64,000 nt of DNA, from assembly GCA_959600635.1 (NCBI GenBank), contig CAUGMN010000004.1:990-64989 (forward strand), given 5' to 3'. Below, piece by piece: positions 18,110-26,960 of this stretch (position 1 is its first letter; every line of letters begins with the position of its first letter). Made by a program: the position numbers and the translations under genes. Origin of the DNA: an uncultured Eubacteriales bacterium. Its GTDB lineage: Bacteria; Bacillota; Clostridia; Oscillospirales; QAMX01. Below the pieces are notes generated by a model. It did not search any database, had not been told where the DNA came from, and was given only the letters and a program-made list of their open reading frames with translations.

Positions 18110-18297
18110 CTATCTGTATTGACACGGTGATTCTGGCATACGCCTCCGGCGAATGCATGTTTGCCGTTTAACGGATGTTCCCGATTGCGTCCTCATAGAT
18201 ACAGGCTTGGCTTGCCGGCAAAAGGCGTCGCTTTCCGCTTCATCCCCGGTGTTTTCCGGCGAAGCCGCTCATGTGTTTCAGCACGCAAAGCCGGAGT

Positions 18298-18963
18298 TCA
18301 GGCGTCAGCCTCCGCCTCCTGAATAAGCCGGACAATGCGGCTTGTGCCGAGACGGTCGGCGCCTAAGGCGAGGAATTCGGCGGCGTCGTCGAGCGTTTTG
18401 ATTCCGCCGGCGGCTTTGATTTTCAGGCCGTTTGACCTGTGAGCGGCGAACAGCCGGATATCGTCCGCGGTTGCGCCGCCGCTGGAAAAGCCGGTCGAGG
18501 TCTTAATGTAGTCGGCGCCGGACTCGGAGACGATTTCCGTGAGCCGGATTTTTTCCTCTTGGGCGAGCAGGCAGGTTTCAACAATTACTTTCAGAATTTT
18601 TCCCGGGCAGGCGCTCCTGACCGCCGCGATTTCGGCGGCCGTGTCGGCAAAGCGGCCTTCCTTGACGGCGCCGATGTCGATGACCATGTCGATTTCTCCG
18701 GCTCCGTCCTCGACGGCGCGGACCGCCTCAAACGCTTTGACGGCGGCGGCGTGATAGCCGTTGGGAAAACCGACGACCGTGCAGACCGGCAGCCGCCCGC
18801 CGAGATATGCGGCGGCGCGCCGCACGAAACTGGGCGGAATGCATACGGAGGCGGTGTGATAGCGCAGCCCCTCGTTGCAGAGCGTGTGGATCTGTTCCCA
18901 TGTCGCCGCGGGAGAGAGCAGCGTATGATCGACATGAGAGAGCAATTCGGCATACGAATTCAT
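18298..18963 (-). CDS. deoC: Deoxyribose-phosphate aldolase
   Basis: DHTLL, CIPP, LKVIVETCLL and IKTSTGF (Schiff-base Lys) motifs. Start at ATG 18963 (MNSYAELL). Confidence 0.85.
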   Translation of the reverse strand: MNSYAELLSHVDHTLLSPAATWEQIHTLCNEGLRYHTASVCIPPSFVRRAAAYLGGRLPVCTVVGFPNGYHAAAVKAFEAVRAVEDGAGEIDMVIDIGAVKEGRFADTAAEIAAVRSACPGKILKVIVETCLLAQEEKIRLTEIVSESGADYIKTSTGFSSGGATADDIRLFAAHRSNGLKIKAAGGIKTLDDAAEFLALGADRLGTSRIVRLIQEAEADA

Positions 18964-19124
18964 GGTGAATTCCTCGCATTTCTGTGTATTTTTTGTGTTC
19001 AAGCGTCGGAATCGGTTGCATATTCGGACGCGGTGCGGTACAATATAGGCAAAGCCGTATGGTGAAACGATCAAAAGCAAACGAGAACCGCTGCATGGCG
19101 GCATGGAGAGCGGAGGCAGATGGG

Positions 19125-20769
19125 ATGGAAATGGAAAAGGCGCTGACCCGCCTGAAAGCGTTGCAGGCAAAGCTGCACGCATATGAGCATGCGGAAAACA
19201 TCATCTACTACGACTCGGTGACGGCTGCGCCCGCAGATACCGACGAGGGCCGGGGCGAGACGCTCGGCGTTCTCACCGGCGAAGCCTATGCGCTGTTTGC
19301 GACGCCGGAGACAGAGCGGCTGCTCGCTTTTTTGGAGGAGCGCGCCGACGCGCTCACGCCGGAGCTGCGGAGGCAGACTGAGCTTCTGCGCCGGCGCTAC
19401 CGGAAAATGAGCTATATTCCGCAGGAGGAATATGTGGAATACCAAAAGCTCGTCAACAGCGCCCAGCACGTCTGGCACAGGGCGAAAGAGGAAAACGATT
19501 TTCCCGCCTTTGCGCCGTATCTCCAACGCCTGATCAGCATGAAAAAGCGCTTTGCGGAGCTGTATGACAGCGCGAAGGATCCGTATGATGTGATGCTCGA
19601 CGAATATGAGCCGGGGATGACGCGCGCCGCGCTGGATCCGTTTTTTGAGCGGCTGCGCGCCGATATCGTGCCGCTGATCGAAAAAATCCGCGGCGCACAT
19701 GCGGCGATCCGCGACGATTTTCTGTACAGGGAATACCCCGCGGCCGGTCAGCGCGCGCTCGCCGATGAGCTGATGACGCTGATGGGCATCGACCGCCGCC
19801 ACTGCGGCCTTGGCGAAACGCTGCACCCGTTTACGATCACCTTCAACAACAAAGACGTGCGCATCACCACCAACTACGACGAACGCAATCTCGCCAGCTC
19901 GCTCTATTCGGTCGTTCACGAGGGCGGCCATGCGCTTTATGAGCTGAACACCGCCGACGAATTTGAGGGCACATGCCTCGCGGGCGGCGTCTCCATGGGG
20001 ATTCATGAGAGCCAGTCGCGCCTGTTTGAAAACGTCATCGGCCGAAGCCGCGCCTTTGTCTCCGTGGTTTACCGCAAATGCCGGGAAATTTTCCCCGAAC
20101 AGCTCCGCGACGTCACGGAGGAGGAGCTGTACCGCGCGGTCAACAAATGCGTTCCCTCGCTGATTCGCACCGAGGCCGACGAACCTGCGTACCCGTCATG
20201 TACATGTGCCGCGTGAGCGAAAAATGTATATCAAGCGGATGTCAACGCGATTTTGGCGAACCTGCGTACCCGTCATGTACATGTGCCGCGTGAGCGAAAA
20301 ATGTATATCAAGCGGATGTCAACGCGATTTTGGCGAAGTGACGTATTGTCTGCATGTGATGGTGCGCTATGAAATCGAAAAGGGCCTGTTCGCCGGCAGT
20401 ATCCGCGTCGACGAACTGCCCGCGGTCTGGGCGGAAAAGATGAACGCTTACCTCGGCGTTTCCGTACCGGACGACGCGCGCGGCGTTTTACAGGATTCCC
20501 ATTGGAGCGGCGGGGATTTCGGATATTTCCCCTCCTATGCGGTGGGGAGCGCTTATGCCGCGCAGATCGCCGCGGCGATTTCCAAAGCGCTCGATATCGA
20601 CGCCTGCGTCCGAAACGGAGAGATCCCGAAAATCACCGCGCTGCTGCGCGACGGCCTGTACCGCTTCGGCTGCCTCTACGATCCCGCGGCGCTGCTCGAA
20701 CGCTTCTGCGGCGAGCCGTTCAATCCCGCGTATTATACAAACTATCTGACGGAAAAATATCATGGATAA
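19125..20769 (+). pseudogene. M32 (Taq-type) metallocarboxypeptidase, interrupted by a 154-bp insertion
   Basis: HEGGHALYE (HExxH) and IHESQSRLFEN motifs. The reading frame breaks at 20184. Deleting 20184..20337 joins ...LIRTEADE to VTYCLHVMVRYEIEK... and restores one 1491-nt (496-aa) ORF. Confidence 0.8.
20184..20337 (+). repeat. Perfect tandem duplication, 2 x 77 bp, inserted in the M32 gene
   Basis: Unit CCTGCGTACCCGTCATGTACATGTGCCGCGTGAGCGAAAAATGTATATCAAGCGGATGTCAACGCGATTTTGGCGAA is read twice without mismatch. CGAA precedes the first unit and ends each unit. Confidence 0.95.
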
Positions 20770-21034
20770 CCCGCCGGACGCCTGACAAAATTATACCGCG
20801 AAACGGCGGTTTTGTAAATACTTGGCGGAAAATCCCTTTTTTCCTTTCCAACCGGCGCCGGAGCCTGAATGCGCAAAAAGCGGCGGATTCACAGCCTGAA
20901 CGCGGGGAATACTTGTGAATCGTTTGTGGAACTTTGATTTGGCAATTTACGAACGCTTCACAATGTATTCACTCCGTATAGGAAATTTGATTGTATCATA
21001 TACTTGTAAACGAAAACGAAGGGAGACGAACCAA

Positions 21035-22318
21035 ATGGAATATAAATCTGAGTTTATGCCTCCGGAAAAGAAGTCGCGGAAGGGCCTCGGCAAAAAGATC
21101 ACGGCGCTGGCGCTGTGCGCCCTGTTGCTCTGCGGTACGGCTGTCGGCGGCATCTGGGCCATCCATTCATTCACGATCACAAAGACGAATTCGAATCTGT
21201 CCATGAACGCCGGCGACGGCGGCAACGGCGTCACGCCGGACATGACGAAAAACGAGCCGTCCGGCGCGGGCTACGTGCAGCCGCTCGTCACCAAGGGCGA
21301 GGGAACGGCGATGACGGCGGCGGAGATTTACGAGAAGTATGTCTCCTCTGTGGTCGGCATCGTCACGGAGGGAACCACCACCAATATTTTCGGCCAGCAG
21401 ACGAATTATGCGGCCAGCGGCACGGGCTTTGTCGTCTCGGAGGACGGCTATATCGTCACCAACTGCCACGTCATCGACGGCGGAAGCAAATTCACCGTGT
21501 CGTTTGAGGACGGCAGAACCTACGACGCCAAGCTCATCGGCAGCGACGCTGAAAACGACGTCGCGCTTCTGAAAATCGAAGCAACCGGCTTGCAGCCCGT
21601 CGTCATTGGCGACAGCGACGACATCCGCGTCGGCGAAGAGATCTGCGCGATCGGCAACCCGCTGGGCGAGCTGACGTTCTCGCTGACAAAGGGCGTCGTC
21701 AGCGCGCTGAACCGCGTTGTGACCACCGACGACGACGAGTCGAATTTCATGTTCCAGATCGACGCGGCGGTCAACTCCGGCAACTCCGGCGGCCCGGTGT
21801 TCAACGGCTACGGGCAGGTCATCGGCGTGGTGACGGCGAAATATTCGTCGTCGGGCGTCGAGGGGCTCGGCTTTGCGCTCCCGATTAACGACGTGGCGCG
21901 GATCATCAACGAGCTGAAAGAAAACGGCGTCGTCCGCAAGGTAAGCTTCGGCATCACGGTCGGCAACGCGACCTATTCCGATTCGGGCGAGGATACGTCC
22001 ATCGCCGGAGCGCGCGTAAAGGTCGTCGACAGCGGGAGCTGCGCGGAAGAAGCGGGGTTAGAGGTCGGCGATATCATCACCAAGATCGACAGCATGAAGA
22101 TCACCGGCGTGACCGATTTGCTTGCGGCGAAGAAACGCTACGTTCCCGACGAGTCGGCCGAGCTGACGGTGATTCGGGACGGCAAGGAGATCAAACTGAC
22201 ACTGGTCTTTGACGAAGCTGCCGAGGAGACGCAGCAGACGCCTCAGACAAACACCCCCGACGGCTGGACGGAACAGGATCCGTTTAGCGGACTGAATCCG
22301 TTCGGTGGCTGGGGGTGA
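21035..22318 (+). CDS. HtrA/DegP-like S1C serine protease with N-terminal membrane anchor and C-terminal PDZ domain
   Basis: Catalytic-triad context (TNCHVI, DVALLKI, GNSGGPVF). TM segment ITALALCALLLCGTAVGGIWAI. PDZ-like C-terminus. Start at ATG 21035 after GAAGGGAG. Confidence 0.85.
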   Translation: MEYKSEFMPPEKKSRKGLGKKITALALCALLLCGTAVGGIWAIHSFTITKTNSNLSMNAGDGGNGVTPDMTKNEPSGAGYVQPLVTKGEGTAMTAAEIYEKYVSSVVGIVTEGTTTNIFGQQTNYAASGTGFVVSEDGYIVTNCHVIDGGSKFTVSFEDGRTYDAKLIGSDAENDVALLKIEATGLQPVVIGDSDDIRVGEEICAIGNPLGELTFSLTKGVVSALNRVVTTDDDESNFMFQIDAAVNSGNSGGPVFNGYGQVIGVVTAKYSSSGVEGLGFALPINDVARIINELKENGVVRKVSFGITVGNATYSDSGEDTSIAGARVKVVDSGSCAEEAGLEVGDIITKIDSMKITGVTDLLAAKKRYVPDESAELTVIRDGKEIKLTLVFDEAAEETQQTPQTNTPDGWTEQDPFSGLNPFGGWG

Positions 22319-22330
22319 TCATTTATTTGA

Positions 22331-22381
22331 CAGGGGAGCGCCCGTCCAAAGCGCTTTGGACGGGCGCTCCCCTGTTTTTTC
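22331..22381 (+). terminator. Strong rho-independent terminator
   Basis: ~20-bp GC-rich palindrome CAGGGGAGCGCCCGTCCAAAGC/GCTTTGGACGGGCGCTCCCCTG followed by TTTTTT. Confidence 0.9.
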
Positions 22382-22399
22382 AAAAAAGGGCGGTTGGTG

Positions 22400-22428
22400 T
22401 CGATTATAAACGAAAAATATGGTATAAT
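22400..22428 (+). promoter_or_regulatory. Extended -10 promoter candidate upstream of cls
   Basis: TGgTATAAT with a weak -35 (TCGATT). It would leave a ~190-nt GC-rich leader. Confidence 0.4.
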
Positions 22429-22622
22429 ATCATCTGCGCCGGAGAGAAAAAATACAGCCCGGCGGTGAACGTGACTGCTGTTCCAGCCCCGGCAATCGCC
22501 GCCGGGACCGCTGCCGGCTGACAGAGGCGGCGCGGCGAAAAAAGCGGGACGGCGCGTTGTTCCGGTTACGGGCGCACAGGCGCGCGGGATAGAATTTTAT
22601 ACGAAGTGGCGGTGAATACGCT

Positions 22623-24155
22623 TTGAAACGCAGTTGGCTGCGGGCGCTGGTCGGGCGCCGGATCGTGATTTTTCTCCTTTTGATTTTACAGGCGGCGCTG
22701 ATGGTCTATATTGTCATCAGTTCCAGCCGGACTTCGCAGATCATCGACGTCAGCCTGCGGCTGGTGAGCGCGTTTGTGGCGCTGTTTATGATCAACCGCG
22801 AGATGAACGCCTCCTATAAGCTGGCTTGGATCTTTATGATCCTGCTGCTGCCGCTGTTCGGCGGGCTGTTCTATCTCACCTGCGTCTGCCAGGCCAGCAC
22901 GCGGCGCTTCAAAAAGGATGTCACGGCAATCGACGCGCGCTGCAAGCATTATTTGAAGCCGGAGCCGGACTGCCTGAATGAGCTGGCCGACGCCGGCAAG
23001 GCTGTTTCCACAGCGCGGTACTTACAAAACTGCGCCGGATTTCCGCTGTGCAAAGACACGGAGACGCAGTTTCTCTGCCCGGGCGAGCGCTTTTTCGAGG
23101 CGGCTTTACGCGAACTGGAACAGGCGAAGCGCTATATTTTTCTGGAATATTACATCATCCGTGACGGCGAGATGTGGAACGCCGTTCTCGAAATCCTCAA
23201 ACGCAAAGCCGCCGAGGGCGTAGACGTCCGCGTGCTGTACGATGATTTCGGCTGTTTTCTGTCTTTTTCAAGGCGTTATCGGCGCTATCTCCAAGAATGC
23301 GGGATCAAATGCCGTGTTTTCAACAGCTTCCGGCCGATTTTAACGACGGTGCAGAACAACCGCGATCACCGCAAAATCATGGTGATCGACGGCCGCGTCG
23401 GCTTCACGGGCGGCATCAATCTCGCCGACGAATATATCAATCGGGATTCGCCGCTCGGCCACTGGAAGGATGCGGCGATTCTGCTGCGGGGAAACGCGGT
23501 CAAAAACCTCGTGGGGATTTTCTTCTCGCTGTGGTACCGGCGCGGCGACGCGCCGGAAGACGAAACGCTGTTTCTGCCGGAGCCTTGCGGCGCTCTGTCC
23601 GAACATCCGGAGGGGTATTGCATTCCGTTTTCGGATTCGCCGATGGACAGGGAATCGGTGGGCGAGCGCGTCTATCTGCAAATGATCAACCACGCCACCC
23701 GCTATATCAATATCGCCACGCCGTATCTGGTCATCGACGACGGGGTGATGGAGGCGCTGACGGCGGCGGCAAAAGGCGGCATCGACGTCCGCGTGATGGT
23801 GCCTGCGCGCGGGGACAACCCCCTCGTACAGCGGACCATGCGCTCCTATTTCCGGCGTCTGCTGCGCGCGGGCGTCAAGCTATACGAGTATACGCCCGGC
23901 TTTGTCCATGCAAAAACCATCGTCACCGACGACGAATGCGCCGTCGTCGGCACGATCAATTTCGATTACCGCAGCTTGTACCTGCAATTTGAATGCGGCG
24001 TCTGGATGTACAAGACGGCCGCCGTCGCGCAGGTACGCGACGATTTCCTCAAAGATCTGCCGCGCTGCCGCGCCCTGAGCGAGGCCGACTGCCGGAAAAA
24101 TGTTTTTTCCGGCCTCGTCGACGAGATTCTGCGCCTGTTCGCGCCGCTGATGTAG
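22623..24155 (+). CDS. cls: Cardiolipin synthase (PLD superfamily)
   Basis: Two N-terminal TM segments and two HKD motifs (HRKIMVIDG..GGINL and HAKTIVTDD..GTINFD). Confidence 0.85.
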   Translation: MKRSWLRALVGRRIVIFLLLILQAALMVYIVISSSRTSQIIDVSLRLVSAFVALFMINREMNASYKLAWIFMILLLPLFGGLFYLTCVCQASTRRFKKDVTAIDARCKHYLKPEPDCLNELADAGKAVSTARYLQNCAGFPLCKDTETQFLCPGERFFEAALRELEQAKRYIFLEYYIIRDGEMWNAVLEILKRKAAEGVDVRVLYDDFGCFLSFSRRYRRYLQECGIKCRVFNSFRPILTTVQNNRDHRKIMVIDGRVGFTGGINLADEYINRDSPLGHWKDAAILLRGNAVKNLVGIFFSLWYRRGDAPEDETLFLPEPCGALSEHPEGYCIPFSDSPMDRESVGERVYLQMINHATRYINIATPYLVIDDGVMEALTAAAKGGIDVRVMVPARGDNPLVQRTMRSYFRRLLRAGVKLYEYTPGFVHAKTIVTDDECAVVGTINFDYRSLYLQFECGVWMYKTAAVAQVRDDFLKDLPRCRALSEADCRKNVFSGLVDEILRLFAPLM

Positions 24156-24257
24156 CGCAAGTAGCGCAAGTAGCGCAAATGGAAAGGCCGCTCCGAGGGG
24201 AACGGGATTTGCAAGCGCGCCCCTGCCGCCGGGGCGCAAGGGAAAGGGAGGTTAGAG

Positions 24258-25079
24258 ATGCCGGAATTGCCTGAGGTTGAAACGGTTCGAAGCGTTCTTG
24301 CGCCGCAGCTGTGCGGGCGAACCGTCGTTTCCGTCGCAGTCAGCCGTCCAGACGCCGTCGCCTATCCGTCGGCGGCCGCCTTTGCTTCCGCCGCGGCCGG
24401 CCGGACGATCCGCGAGCTCGGCAGGCGGGGAAAATTTCTCCGCATCCTGCTGGACAGCGGCTGTATCGTCGCGCATCTGCGCATGACGGGGCGGCTTTTG
24501 GTTACGCCGCAGGGCGAACCGCTTGAAAAACATACGCATGTCGTCGTCTCGCTGGATAACCGGACGGAGCTGCGCTTTATCGACCCGCGCCGCTTTGGCC
24601 GGCTGTGGTGGATCGCGGAGGCGGAAGAGGACAGATACAGCGGGGTGGAGCGCCTCGGACCTGAACCGTTCGACGCGGCGGTCAATGCGGCGGCCTTAGC
24701 GAAGCGGTTCGGCGCGAGCAGGCGAGCCGTCAAGACCTGCCTGCTCGACCAGAGCGCCGTCGCCGGGATCGGAAACATCTATTCCGACGAGATCCTCTTT
24801 GCGGCGGGAATCGATCCAAGGCGCCCCGCGGCTGCTCTGAGACGGGACGAGTGGGAAAAGCTGAGCGCGGAGATTCCGCGGGTGCTGCAAAAGGCGATTG
24901 ACGATAACGAGATCACCGCGGACGAATATCTGGCCGGGCGCGGGATGGAGTACCGAAACACCCCGTTTTTTCAGGTCTACGGGCGCGCCGGCGAGCCGTG
25001 TCCGCGCTGTGGGCTGCCGCTGGAAAAGACCGTGATTGCCGGCAGAAGCAGCTGTTTCTGTCCGCGCTGCCAGCAATAA
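24258..25079 (+). CDS. mutM: Formamidopyrimidine-DNA glycosylase
   Basis: N-terminal MPELPEVETVR, H2TH region, C-terminal zinc finger CPRCG...CFCPRCQ. Confidence 0.9.
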   Translation: MPELPEVETVRSVLAPQLCGRTVVSVAVSRPDAVAYPSAAAFASAAAGRTIRELGRRGKFLRILLDSGCIVAHLRMTGRLLVTPQGEPLEKHTHVVVSLDNRTELRFIDPRRFGRLWWIAEAEEDRYSGVERLGPEPFDAAVNAAALAKRFGASRRAVKTCLLDQSAVAGIGNIYSDEILFAAGIDPRRPAAALRRDEWEKLSAEIPRVLQKAIDDNEITADEYLAGRGMEYRNTPFFQVYGRAGEPCPRCGLPLEKTVIAGRSSCFCPRCQQ

Positions 25080-25132
25080 ACAGCCGTTTTGGCGCGGAGC
25101 GGCCAGAGGAGATCTCTTTTATACAGGCGATC

Positions 25133-25166
25133 AAAAAACAGGCGGGGTGGATTCCCCGCCTGTTTC
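25133..25166. terminator. Bidirectional terminator between convergent mutM and the MATE gene
   Basis: AAACAGGCGGGG tggatt CCCCGCCTGTTT, flanked by an A-run and a T-run. Confidence 0.8.
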
Positions 25167-25194
25167 TGCATTCAATCGTCCGGCCCGGAGGCGC

Positions 25195-26604
25195 TCAGCT
25201 TTCAGCCGCCGCGCTTTGCGGCGCGACGATCTTCTGGAGCCAGATGCCGCGTTTGAGCATGATGAAACCGAACACGCACTTGACGAGGTCGATCAGCTGG
25301 CCGAGGAGATAAACCGAGACGATATTCAGCGCCGTAAAGTGGACGAGCGCATAGACAAACGGAATCGCGATCGCCCAGATGTGAACGCAGTCGAACAAAA
25401 AAGTAATCAGCGTTTTGCCGCCGGAGCGCAGCGTGAAATAGCAGCAGTGCGCAAACGCGAAGATCGGCATACAGACGGCGGAAACGAGGATAAACCGCGT
25501 CGCCAGCGAGCGGACGCTATCGGTCGTTTTATAGATGAGCGGGATAAACGGCGCGGCGGCAGCCAGCAGCACGCCTACCGCGAAGCAGCAGGCGACGGAA
25601 AAAAAGATCAGCTTCGCCGCCGTATCCTTGGCCTTGCCGTATTCGCCCGCGCCGAGCTGCTGGCCGACGAGAATGGCGACGGCGCTGCCGAGCGCTTGGA
25701 AGACGATGTTGAAGAAATTGGAGACCGTCGTCGAGATGTTCAGCGCCGCGACGACGGACAGCCCGCGCGAGGAATAGCATTGGACGAGGAAAGCCATGCC
25801 GACCGACCACAGCAGCTCGTTAATCAGCAGCGGCATGCCGCGCAGGATGATGTTTTTGACCAGACCACTGGGGATTTTCAGACTTCTGTATACGCCCCTG
25901 ATGAAGCGGTGGATTTCAGCGTGCCGGTGCGTGCTGACGGCGATGACCGCCAGCTCGACAAAGCGGGAAATGACGGTCGCGGCCGCGGCGCCGGCGACGC
26001 CGTAGGCAGGAAAGCCGAAGCGGCCGAAGATCAGCATGTAGTTCAGCACGAAGTTTGTGAGAACAGAGACGACAGACGCTTTCATCGGCAGCACCGTCGA
26101 GCCTGTTTCGCGGAGCGTGCTGGCGTAAATCTGTGTGAGCGCGAACGGAATCAGACCGAGCGACATGATTTTCAGGTAATCCAGCCCATAAGCCGCCGTC
26201 GCGGCGATGTCGCCGACATCCTCCTTGCCGCGCAGGTAGAGGTAAATCAGCTTTTCGCCGAAAAGAAAGAGGATTGCGAAGCCGGCGGCGCAGATAACGG
26301 CGGCGGTGATCAGCTTGAAACGAAACGTATCGCGCACGCCCTTGTCATCGCCGGAACCGTGAAACTGTGCGGTGAAAATGCCCGCGCCCGACAGACCGCC
26401 GAAAATACAGAGATTGAAAATAAACAGCAGCTGGTTGGCGATGGCGACGCCGGACATCTGATCGGTTCCGACCTGTCCGACCATCACGTTGTCTAAGAAC
26501 CCGACAAAATTGGTAATGCCGTTTTGAATCATGACCGGGATGGCGACGGCAAAAACGATTTTGTAGAATTCCCTCGTCCCGATTAGGCGCTTGACTTTGA
26601 GCAT
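25195..26604 (-). CDS. MATE-family efflux transporter
   Basis: 12-TM protein with a MATE N-terminus (FYKIVFAVAIPVMIQNGITNFVGFLDNVMVGQVG). Start at ATG 26604 (MLKVKRL) after GGAG. Confidence 0.85.
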   Translation of the reverse strand: MLKVKRLIGTREFYKIVFAVAIPVMIQNGITNFVGFLDNVMVGQVGTDQMSGVAIANQLLFIFNLCIFGGLSGAGIFTAQFHGSGDDKGVRDTFRFKLITAAVICAAGFAILFLFGEKLIYLYLRGKEDVGDIAATAAYGLDYLKIMSLGLIPFALTQIYASTLRETGSTVLPMKASVVSVLTNFVLNYMLIFGRFGFPAYGVAGAAAATVISRFVELAVIAVSTHRHAEIHRFIRGVYRSLKIPSGLVKNIILRGMPLLINELLWSVGMAFLVQCYSSRGLSVVAALNISTTVSNFFNIVFQALGSAVAILVGQQLGAGEYGKAKDTAAKLIFFSVACCFAVGVLLAAAAPFIPLIYKTTDSVRSLATRFILVSAVCMPIFAFAHCCYFTLRSGGKTLITFLFDCVHIWAIAIPFVYALVHFTALNIVSVYLLGQLIDLVKCVFGFIMLKRGIWLQKIVAPQSAAAES

Positions 26605-26960
26605 AGGATACTCCGTTTTCTGAAAATTTTCCCTTTTGCGGCGGTGAGGCCGACGGCCGAAAGCCGTTTCCGTTCGCTTCGCGCATGGCGCCCGTGAAGA
26701 AGCCCGGCGCCGGCGCGGTCTTCGCATATAGACGCCGCCGGCCTTTCAAACCGCGCGAGTACGCTGCGCACGCGGCTGCCCGCTTGCGCTCCGCCGAAAA
26801 AGTGTTCCCATTATATCATATTTCGTCAGCCTTCGCAAGCGCTCCGGCGCTTGACAAGGCTTAGAAAATTTGATACCATACCAAAGACATCAAGCATCCG
26901 ACCCGGCGCGCGGCTCTTACGGCGTCCCGCCCTCCCGGATGCGGCCGGGAGATATTCAGC

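Noticed and set aside
18001-18122. Short ORFs (38 aa from the ATG at 18006; a longer frame from the ATG at 18001) inside the sRNA candidate
   Set aside because: Both frames read through the intrinsic terminator before reaching a stop. The peptide is hydrophobic/basic with no recognisable features. It is kept only as an alternative explanation in the finding.
20184-20337. Possible CRISPR array or intein/intron in the M32 gene
   Set aside because: There are only two directly abutting identical units with no spacers, so it is not a CRISPR array. The insert contains stop codons and is far too short for an intein or a group I/II intron. It is kept as an unexplained tandem insertion in the findings.
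22429-22622. GC-rich ~190-nt leader upstream of cls with CCCGGCGG...CCGCCGGG pairing
   Set aside because: The promoter call is weak, so the leader length is uncertain. I recognised no riboswitch-like conserved core.
24152-24178. GTAGCGCAA x3 tandem 9-mer at the end of cls
   Set aside because: It is real, and it gives three in-frame TAG stops. However it is tiny and most simply explained as slippage at the gene end, and I see no functional implication.
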